Shown in pieces: positions 33,790 through 43,970 of a stretch of DNA of 43,970 bases; positions within the stretch are counted from its first letter, which is position 1; every line of letters starts with the position of its first letter. The notes under the pieces were generated by a model. The model was not told the DNA's origin, did no database searches, and saw only the letters and a list, made by a program, of their open reading frames with translations. The stretch covers positions 1 through 43,970 of the forward strand of contig CAXHJY010000391.1 in NCBI GenBank assembly GCA_964016885.1. The letters are read 5' to 3'. A program made the position numbers and the translations under genes. Source of the stretch: Eledone cirrhosa (taxonomy: Eukaryota).

Positions 33790-34350
33790 GTTGTAGAAGA
33801 AGAAGAAGAAGAAGAAGGAGAAGAAGAAGCGAATGATGCGATGGGGTTAAGGCAAAGACGAAGAAGCTAGAGGAAGTGAAGGAGAGAAGACGTAGAAGAA
33901 TAAGACATTTGAGGAGGTGAAGGAAACTTTGGATGTGGTGAAGGAGAGGAAGAAGAAGACGAAGGAATGGCTGAGGCAATGAGAGAGAAGAACGGATGAA
34001 GCAATGAGAAGGAAGAAGAAAGAGGAGAAGGAACAGATTAAGTAATGGGAGGAGAAGAAGAATGAGGAGGAGGAACGGCTGAGGCAATGGGAGAGAAGAC
34101 TAAAACTAAGACGAAGAAGAAGAAGAAGAACGGATGAAGCAATGAGAGAGAAAGAGAGAAAGGTTGAGGAGAATAAGACGAAGAAGGAGGATGAACGACT
34201 GTGGCAACGGGAAAGAAGAAGACTAAGGCGAAGAACAAGAAGAGGAAGAAAAAGGAGAAGGAACGGCTGAGGCAATGGGAGAGAAGACGAAGACTAAGAA
34301 GAAGAAGAAAAAGACTAGGAAGAAGAAGATGTTGAAGGAAGTAAAGGAGA
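33790..34350 (+). repeat. Purine-rich (GAA/GGA) low-complexity tract with recurring GGAACGGCTGAGGCAATG motif
   Basis: Motif variants at ~33965, 34072, 34193 and 34260; GAAGAACGGATGAAGCAATGAGA at ~33986 and ~34124. Confidence 0.85.
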
Positions 34351-35177
34351 TGCCCGTAAATAGTTATCCGTTGAAATGAGCTAAAGATAAAGGTAGAACT
34401 GCAAAATTATGAGAATTTATGTTTCCATTTCTGCCCAAATTTCTTCATATTTAGTATAGTCGGTTGGATAGAAGAAGATATACAACACAATGGAACTTTG
34501 TGAAGTACAGCATGACAACCTACTCAGGCTTGAAATTATAGAAAAAAAACAAATGTTGTTTCTTTTGAGTTATTATTACCTTTCATTTGTTTTTTTTTTA
34601 TGTTATTTCTGTTTATTTTTATTGATTGCCATCATGTTTTGTTTTGTTTTTTTTTGTTTTTTTGTTATTGTTGTAGTTTACTTCTTTCATTTTCTCCCCA
34701 TACCATACTATCTGATTTATTACTGGGGTTGCAGTTTATAATATATGGATATAGGTTGTTTTTGTTTGTGTTTTACTGCTATTAGTGTTTGTAAAGACAT
34801 TTCTAATATTGCTGTTATATTTTTGTTGCTTTTTGTTAGTTATGTTGATGTTTTTGTTGCTGTTGTTGCTTTTCTTGTTGTTGTTGTGGTGGTGGTGATT
34901 GTTGTTTAGCCCCTAGGCCACATTTGATTGTATGGCCCTATTATCAAAAGCTTTGAAAGGGGAGACGGGGTTCCCGCTATTCCCACTACTACCCCCAAAT
35001 GTAATGCATATAGAACTACGTTATCTAATACACCTAGATATTTTTAAGAGGTTGGGTTATTATTTAGTGGACATTTGGCGTAAAAATTCTATTGTTTGTT
35101 CCTTGATGGATATGATAGGTGTTGAGATAAATGTGACCTGTATCTGAGGTGACATCTCGTCACGGTCAGCCTTACTA

Positions 35178-35369
35178 CAAATCTGTCAACTCTTGCCATC
35201 CGACGGGGAAATCTTCTGTCCACTTTGGGGCGGGTGAGAGATGTCTTCTCTTGTGAAAATGGGTATAGCTTTCATTATGTAATATCTCCCCATTTTGCTT
35301 CATTTCTCCCTTTTGGGGCACTTTCTTCATCGTACTCCCCGTTTTGGGTTTTAGAGATTGACAGGTCTG
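35178..35369. mobile_element. ~190-bp MITE-like element, copy 2
   Basis: Homologous to 22168-22365; TIRs CAAATCTGTCAACTCT / AGAGATTGACAGGTCTG. Confidence 0.65.
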
Positions 35370-36699
35370 TGCAATATAATATTTTTATTTATAGTTCGAT
35401 TTTAGAAGTCCATGATTATGACAATAGAATGTCGTTATCTTCCATCACGATAGATTGTGTCTTTGGATTATTTAATTTCTAAACTATTCAATCTTCCTTG
35501 CAAACACATATATTCTTATCCATTTACTTTTGATTCATTCGTCTCTATTTCATTAGTGGTGCCCCAGCATAGCCTCAGTCAATCGGCCGGAACCCTTCAA
35601 AGAGTAAACGAGGTATTGGTAAGTACGATGACATTTATATTTTGCTAAGAATGTCAAAAGAAGATTGAAACACGTTCAAGTTTGTAAATTTTGTTACCAG
35701 GAAAAATATTAATCTGAATTTCATGGTTCCTTCAACTCTGAGTACTTATTTCTCATTTGCTCACCCCATTGCTAACGAGATTAATACCAACTATCTGTTT
35801 TTTCATGCGGGTGGCATCTTTGAATATTTTTATTGTTAAATAATTTTACTGTATCAGTTTGAAGGAGATAAGAAAGAATTAATCTTATAAAAACTGTTTT
35901 TTTTTTTGTCTGTCTAGCTTACAAGGATTTGCTTTCTTGATATAAAATAAATCAATTTGACTGCAGCTAATGTAGGAAGTTGTAATAGATTCATTTCACT
36001 AATTTTTTTTGCATCTGCTCTCCCAATATACGATTTATTATAAGAAAAAACGAATTATCATCGGTATGTCCAAATGGGTTTTAAATATTGTGTACTTGAA
36101 AATATGTGTGTTTGTTTTTAATTGAAAGTCTCTCCATTTATTCACAAGTTTGTCTTTACAAACATAAATAGCAGTAAAGAAAGAAACTATATCCATATAT
36201 TATAAACTGCAACCTCATTAGCCCAGTTAAAGGTGAGTTGTCGTAAGTAGGACTTTGGGAATTCTCTGCATTCTTGGGGAACAGGCAATAAATATGGTAT
36301 TATTCGCCAGATGATAAGTAACCTCAGCAGAAGCGCCACAATCTGGACTGCCTGCCAACATGTATTTCACATGGGAACTCATAACACTAACCAACTCTGA
36401 TAAACAGTAACACTACAGGCGGAAATATACAGTAGGCTACAATAAATCAAGATACCGTGTAGAACTCAATACAGACCCACAGTCTAAGGTCTTGCAGCTG
36501 AATTTATAGCTTTAATGACAGACATGGAATAGGTGATGTGGCAAAAAAGACGTACTTTGCTAGTCGTGCTTTTGTAAATAACAATCCAATATTTTTGAGA
36601 GCTGTGCATTGGTATAGAGATATGAGCACACAGTTTACCAAGAATATGAGTCGACTTCAATCTGAGTTTCATGCATTTTATAATATATTCTTTCCTTAA

Positions 36700-36800
36700 A
36701 GCTCTTTACAAGCAAAATCATCACATCTTATGAATATTTAAAATGTCTGAGCTCTTTACAAGCAAAATCATCACATCTTATGAATATTTAAAATGTCTGA
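36700..36800. repeat. Perfect 50-bp tandem duplication
   Basis: AGCTCTTTACAAGCAAAATCATCACATCTTATGAATATTTAAAATGTCTG x2. Confidence 0.95.
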
Positions 36801-36859
36801 CGACTAACTAGGTGGTCTTTTATTTATAGGCATAGAAAAGACATGTTTATTTCTTTTCA

Positions 36860-36860
36860 G

Positions 36861-36892
<32 letters not shown>

Positions 36893-37055
36893 TATATAAT
36901 AGGGTATATATATATATATATATAATAGTATATATATATATATATATATATAATAGTATATATATATATATATATATATAATAGTATATATATAATAGTA
37001 TATATATATATATATAATAGTATATATATATATAATAATATATATATATATAATA

Positions 37056-37093
<38 letters not shown>

Positions 37094-37654
37094 GTATATA
37101 TATATATATATATAATAGTATATATATATATATATATAATAGTATATATATATATAATAGTATATATATATATATAATAGTACATATATATATAATAGTA
37201 TATATATATATAATAGTATATATATATATATAATAGTATATATATATATATAATAGTATATATATATATATATAATTGTTTCTACTTTAGGCACAAGGCC
37301 AGCAATTACCCAGTGCATTACTGGTACTTTATTTTATCGACCCCGTAAGGATGAAAGGCAAAGTCAACCTCCGCGGGATTTGAACTCAGATCGTAAAGGG
37401 ACATAACTATGCTGTAAAGCATGGCGTCCAACCCTCTACCGATACTGCCAAATAGTATATATATATATATAATAGTATATATATATATATAATAGTATAT
37501 ATATATATAATAGTATATATATATGTATATATATATAATAGTATATATATGTATATATGTATAATAGTATATATATATGTATATATATATAATAGTATAT
37601 ATATATATGTATATATATATAATAGTATATATATATATGTATATATATATAATA

Positions 37655-37718
<64 letters not shown>

Positions 37719-37724
37719 GTAATA

Positions 37725-37789
<65 letters not shown>

Positions 37790-37914
37790 ATAATATATAT
37801 ATATATATATATAATAGTATATATATATATAATAGTATATATATATATAATAGTATATATATATATAATAGTATATATATATATATATATATAATAGTAT
37901 ATATATATATAATA

Positions 37915-37946
<32 letters not shown>
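36860..37946. repeat. (TA)n array with AATAGT interruptions, split by a SINE
   Basis: Same interruption motif on both sides of 37274-37452. Confidence 0.9.
37274..37452 (-). mobile_element. SINE family A near full-length
   Basis: Minus strand TGGCAGTATCGGTAGAGGG...GAGTTCAAATCCC...GTTGACTTTGCCTTTCATCCTTACGGGGTCGATAAAATAAAGTACCAGT...GTAGAAACAATTA. Confidence 0.9.
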
Positions 37947-37954
<8 letters not shown>

Positions 37955-38137
37955 ATATTTGGGGAGGGTCATATTTGCGTAATATTGCCAGAATTAATAA
38001 CAGAACACACTCACTGTTTGGTTGGTTTTCGCTTCTCGCTGTCTTTTATATATATATATCTGCGATCTAACTTACTCGGTCCTCAATGTTGCCATTGACT
38101 GACCGGCGGTCAAAAATAATACAGATACAATATAGAC

Positions 38138-38202
38138 AAACACATATATATATAGTTTACATAAATCTTTCGTTGCACATCTGCAACATCGTCAGTGGTG
38201 TT
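38138..38202 (-). ncRNA. Inverted-arm copy of the hammerhead-like motif
   Basis: TTTCGTTGCACATCTGCAACATCGTCAG at 38168-38195 is the exact reverse complement of 42141-42168. Confidence 0.5.
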
Positions 38203-38467
38203 ATATTCATTGTTCCTCCTGTTGTGTTGTATGTCTACGCCATTTTTTTTGTTCAGTCTGTCTATATATTTATTTATTTATTTGCTTGTTTGTTTATCTT
38301 ATTTTATTTTGTCTTCTTTGCGCATGCGTTTGCGTGTGTGTATAGTGATATGTGTGATGTGTGACTAGTGTGTATAGTGTTGTGTCTGCTGGGTGACTAG
38401 TGTGTGTTTATGTGCTTGTGTATGTATTTATTTATCTTATTTTATTTAATTTAATTTACTTATTTAT

Positions 38468-40291
38468 TTATACTTCTCTTAGGTCAGTGTTGTTTGTTTG
38501 GGTGTTGTTGTTGTTCCACTCATTCTTTCTGTTTAGCTTTGGTCTTCTAATTTCTATTTCACTGGCCTCTCTGATTTGCCTATCTGCTGGGTCATTCCTA
38601 TGTTTAGATATTATTCTAATTTCTATGTTGTCTATGTTACCGTCATGATGTTGTCTAGCATGTTCGTATAGTACTGACCCGTTTTTTCGTCCTTTTAGTT
38701 CCCCCCAGTGTTGGTCTATCCTTTCACCTATGCTACGAGCTGTCTCACCTATGTATGTTGTTGTCGTGTTTCTGCAAGTACCCTCTGTACATCTTATGCT
38801 ATAGACTACGTTTCTAGTTTTACAGTTTATCCGGGGGTTCACCTTACATATGATACATTTCCTATTGGTACAGTGGGTTTTCTTAAAAGGGTAGGTTTTG
38901 CTGATCAGGGATTTTATGGTGGTTCCTGGCTTTTCTACCACCTTTATTTTTAAGTGGGTCTTTCTCAGGGCCTTTCTACACTGGTTAGCTAATTTCCCTC
39001 CAGGGGTGGCGTCCACAAACATGACACTCTGATATCTCTGGTTGTCGTACCATGATGTGGCCTTCCCTATCTTATGTCTAGCCCTATCTAAGCTATTCCA
39101 TGATTTGCTCCTGTATAGTGGGCAAATTCCTTTCATGTCCAGTTCTATGAGGGTCTTATACTTTTCCATGGCTCCTTCGTATACTCTGACTCTGTCTCTT
39201 TGGTTGTAGCCAGAGAACTGCATGCGGTTGATGAAGTGTTGGATGTGTCCTTCCATTTCTGTTGGGTCGCACATGCTGGACACATTCTTCATCACTCGTA
39301 CCAAATCTGCGATCAGAATATTAAACTTAGCACTACTGGACATTGCTGAGTTTTTGAGTATCAGGTATTTGGAGGCCATGGGTTTAGCATAGTGTGAGTG
39401 GAGAATTTGGGCTCTCTCGTCTATAGTGTTGATCCAGAGTTCTGTGTCTAATACAGGTAGTCTATTGTTAGGGTGTTTGGAAGGGAAGTCTATAGTTACA
39501 GTTATACTCTGGTGTATGGAATTAGCTATCTGCTGGATGCTTTCCATCGTGCTACGTTCTAAATCAAACTTGTTAGTGCTCTCTAGTGGGGGTGTTCTTA
39601 TAACTATATTGATATCGTCTACATAACGAGAGTACATGATGAGGTCTATGGAGCTTTCATTAAGGAGATCTTTAAGTCTCCTTTCCCACCATACCATGAA
39701 AAGGTTGGCAACATCGCCAGCTATGCTGACGCCGATGGCTGCTCCCTCATTTTGGGTGTAGATTTTCTCATTGAACTTAAAATATGTGGCCCTTTAGGGT
39801 AGTTTGATACTAGCCCCTATTGCATGTGCGACCATTTTTCTTACCTGATCAGTGTTTTGGGGGGTCCGTATAGCTTTGGTCCACCCAATCCACCTTCCTA
39901 TGGGAGTCTTTTTAGCCATTGAGGTTATGGTGGGGGGTCTACCTCTTATAGGTCTACTAGGGCAGAAACATCTAAGGTCATGGCTGTCTAGGTAGTCAGT
40001 GTCGTAGGTAAGTCTAAGTAGGAGGCCCAGTTCGTCTGTGTCGACGTCGCAGAACTCCACCTCACTCTCAATGATCATCTCCACACATCTTTTCACAGCA
40101 AAATCAATGTTAATGGATGGGTACAGTGACACCACATCCATGCTGCCTATTATGCAGTTGGATAGGCTCCTGTTTTTGTTGCACTCACTGATTCTGCTGA
40201 GGAGGTCCTCTGTACTTTCACATACATCTGGGGACATCTTGATTATGGGGCGTATAACCATTGAGAGGAAGTAGGAGATCCTGTAGTTGCT
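38468..40291 (-). CDS. PLE reverse transcriptase + GIY-YIG endonuclease (5'-truncated; one 1-bp frameshift near 39804)
   Basis: GSMDVVSLYPSI (motif A), YTQNEGAAIG (B'), YSRYVDD (C), LPVLD, CTNRKCIIC...C linker, NVVY...YIGETARS...R..QH, RQIREA. ORFs 39794-40261 and 38468-39697 join if one A is restored as in the right arm. Confidence 0.92.
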
Positions 40292-40311
40292 AGATCCTGT
40301 AGTTGCTAGAT

Positions 40312-41869
40312 CCTCCTACTTAGACTTACCTACGACACTGACTACCTAGACAGCCATGACCTTAGATGTTTCTGCCCTAGTAGACCTATAAGAGGTAGAC
40401 CCCCCACCATAACCTCAATGGCTAAAAAGACTCCCATAGGAAGGTGGATTGGGTGGACCAAAGCTATACGGACCCCCCAAAACACTGATCAGGTAAGAAA
40501 AATGTCGCACATGCAATAGGGGCTAGTATCAAAACTACCCTAAAGGGCCACATATTTAAGTTCAATGAGAAAATCTACACCCAAAATGGAGGGAGCAGCC
40601 ATCGGCGTCAGCATAGCTGGCGATGTTGCCAACCTTTTCATGGTATGGTGGGAAAGGAGACTTAAAGATCTCCTTAATGAAAGCTCCATAGACCTCATCA
40701 TGTACTCTCGTTATGTAGACGATATCAATATAGTTATAAGAACACCCCCACTAGAGAGCACTAACAAGTTTGATTTAGAACGTAGCACGATGGAAAGCAT
40801 CCAGCAGATAGCTAATTCCATACACCAGAGTATAACTGTAACTATAGACTTCCCTTCCAAACACCCTAACAATAGACTACCTGTATTAGACACAGAACTC
40901 TGGATCAACACTATAGACGAGAGAGCCCAAATTCTCCACTCACACTATGCTAAACCCATGGCCTCCAAATACCTGATACTCAAAAACTCAGCAATGTCCA
41001 GTAGTGCTAAGTTTAATATTCTGATCGCAGATTTGGTACGAGTGATGAAGAATGTGTCCAGCATGTGCGACCCAACAGAAATGGAAGGACACATCCAACA
41101 CTTCATCAACCGCATGCAGTTCTCTGGCTACAACCAAAGAGACAGAGTCAGAGTATACGAAGGAGCCATGGAAAAGTATAAGACCCTCATAGAACTGGAC
41201 ATGAAAGGAATTTGCCCACTATACAGGAGCAAATCATGGAATAGCTTAGATAGGGCTAGACATAAGATAGGGAAGGCCACATCATGGTACGACAACCAGA
41301 GATATCAGAGTGTCATGTTTGTGGACGCCACCCCTGGAGGGAAATTAGCTAACCAGTGTAGAAAGGCCCTGAGAAAGACCCACTTAAAAATAAAGGTGGT
41401 AGAAAAGCCAGGAACCACCATAAAATCCCTGATCAGCAAAACCTACCCTTTTAAGAAAACCCACTGTACCAATAGGAAATGTATCATATGTAAGGTGAAC
41501 CCCCGGATAAACTGTAAAACTAGAAACGTAGTCTATAGCATAAGATGTACAGAGGGTACTTGCAGAAACACGACAACAACATACATAGGTGAGACAGCTC
41601 GTAGCATAGGTGAAAGGATAGACCAACACTGGGGGGAACTAAAAGGACGAAAAAACGGGTCAGTACTATACGAACATGCTAGACAACATCATGACGGTAA
41701 CATAGACAACATAGAAATTAGAATAATATCTAAACATAGGAATGACCCAGCAGATAGGCAAATCAGAGAGGCCAGTGAAATAGAAATTAGAAGACCAAAG
41801 CTAAACAGAAAGAATGAGTGGAACAACAACAACACCCAAACAAACAACACTGACCTAAGAGAAGTATAA
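40312..41869 (+). CDS. Inverted second copy of the same RT/GIY-YIG ORF (more truncated; 1-bp indels near 40504, 40556, 40588)
   Basis: The last 409 aa of ORF 40565-41869 are identical to 38468-39697. Confidence 0.9.
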
Positions 41870-42133
41870 ATAAATAAGTAAATTAAATTAAATAAAATAA
41901 GATAAATAAATACATACACAAGCACATAAACACACACTAGTCACCCAGCAGACACAACACTATACACACTAGTCACACATCACACATATCACTATACACA
42001 CACGCAAACGCATGCGCAAAGAAGACAAAATAAAATAAGATAAACAAACAAGCAAATAAATAAATAAATATATAGACAGACTGAACAAAAAAAATGGCGT
42101 AGACATACAACACAACAGGAGGAACAATGATAT

Positions 42134-42198
42134 AACACCACTGACGATGTTGCAGATGTGCAACGAAAGATTTATGTAAACTATATATATATGTGTTT
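42134..42198 (+). ncRNA. Hammerhead-like motif in the PLE 3' region
   Basis: CTGACGA(42141-42147)-T-GTTGCA-gatg-TGCAAC-GAAA(42165-42168); possible stem III AG(a)TTTA/TAAACT then A; stem I unclear. Confidence 0.5.
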
Positions 42199-42444
42199 GT
42201 CTATATTGTATCTGTATTATTTTTGACCGCCGGTCAGTCAATGGCAACATTGAGGACCGAGTAAGTTAGATCGCAGATATATATATATAAAAGACAGCGA
42301 GAAGCGAAAACCAACCAAACAGTGAGTGTGTTCTGTTATTAATTCTGGCAATATTACGCAAATATGACCCTCCCCAAATATAACAATATCTGTTTCGACA
42401 CACGATTTCATATAAAAAACCTCGCAAAACTAATTCATCGCCGC

Positions 42445-42659
42445 TATATATATATATATATATATATAGTATATATATATATAGTATATATATATATAAT
42501 AGTATATATATATATATATATATATATAGTATATATTATATATATATTATATATATATATATATATTATATATATATATATATATAATATATATATATAT
42601 AATAGTATATATATATATATATATTATATATATATATATATATTATATATATATAATAG

Positions 42660-42699
<40 letters not shown>

Positions 42700-42703
42700 A
42701 TAT

Positions 42704-42768
<65 letters not shown>

Positions 42769-43970
42769 ATATATATTATATATATATTATATATATATAT
42801 ATATATTATATATATATATATATTATATATATATATATATATTATATATATATATATATATTATATATATATATATATATTATATATATATATATATATT
42901 ATATATATATAGTATATATTATATATATAGTATATATAGTATATATATATATAGTATATATAGTATATATATTATATATATAGTATATATAGTATATATA
43001 TATATAGTATATATAGTATATATAGTATATATATATATAGTATATATATATATAGTATATATAGTATATATAGTATATATAGTATATATATATATAGTAT
43101 ATATAGTATATATATATATAGTATATTATATATGTATATATATTATATATATATATATATTATATATATATATATATTATATATATATATATATTATATA
43201 TATATATATATTATATATATATAATATATTATATATAGTATATATTATATATATATATATAGTATATATTATATATATATATATAGTATATATATTATAT
43301 ATATATATAGTATATATAGTATATATATATATATAGTATATATAGTATATATATATATAGTATATATAGTATATATAGTATATATATATATAGTATATAT
43401 AGTATATATAGTATATATATATATATAGTATATATAGTATATATAGTATATATATATATATAGTATATATAGTATATATAGTATATATATATATAGTATA
43501 TATAGTATATATAGTATATATAGTATATATATATATATAGTATATATATATATATAGTATATATATATATATAGTATATATATATATATAGTATATATAT
43601 ATATATAGTATATATATATATATATAGTATATATATATATATAGTATATATATATATATAGTATATATATATATATAGTATATATATATATAGTATATAT
43701 ATATATATATATATAGTATATATATATATATAGTATATATATATATATAGTATATATATATATATAGTATATATATATATAGTATTTATATATATATATA
43801 TAGTATATATATATATATAGTATATATATATATATAGTATAATATATATTATATAGTATATATATATATAGTAATATATATATATATAGTAATATATATA
43901 TATATATAGTATTATATATATATATAGTATATATATATATATAGTATATATATATATATCGTATATTATA
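42445..43970. repeat. (TA)n array with TAGTA and TATTA interruptions to the window end
   Basis: Directly visible. Confidence 0.95.

Larger units (their letters stand above)
37947..42444. mobile_element. Penelope-like retrotransposon (probably Neptune-type), two 5'-truncated copies in head-to-head inverted orientation
   Basis: Arms 37947-40025 and 40312-42389 are near-identical reverse complements; 286-bp spacer mostly continuing the left copy's RT; 55-bp tail 42390-42444 only on the right; (TA)n flanks. Confidence 0.93.

Noticed and set aside
33734-34275. Leu/Ser/Phe-rich minus-strand ORFs
   Set aside because: By-product of the (GAA)n purine-rich low-complexity tract.
38086-39626. Short antisense ORFs overlapping the PLE arms (mirrored at 40711-42250)
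   Set aside because: Shadow frames of the PLE ORF/UTR; duplicated only because of the inverted repeat.
37947-42389. Interpretation as a DNA transposon with 2-kb TIRs or as a pure sequencing fold-back
   Set aside because: The arms encode RT/GIY-YIG rather than flank a transposase; asymmetry, unique tail and non-mirrored flanks argue against a simple artefact, though read support is unverified.

Overview
Very AT-rich eukaryotic non-genic DNA. It is probably an animal; the SINE repertoire and extreme (TA)n content suggest an octopus/cephalopod, which is inference. About half of the window is interrupted (TA)n microsatellite, and all long 'YIYI' ORFs are artefacts of it. No host gene is recognisable. 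The real coding sequence is retrotransposon-derived. It includes a 4.5-kb head-to-head inverted pair of a young Penelope-like element (PLE; RT + Cys linker + GIY-YIG) at 37947-42444, a 5'-truncated PLE of a second family at 27601-29314, and RTE-like LINE fragments. There are also about 14 tRNA-derived SINE copies from two families and a two-copy MITE. The most striking pattern is that four, possibly five, sequence-unrelated elements in or beside (TA)n share one architecture: an inverted repeat with one arm carrying a 3' tail and the other ending directly in (TA)n. Most carry hammerhead-ribozyme-like motifs, and in the small elements the fold-back point lies in or next to that motif.
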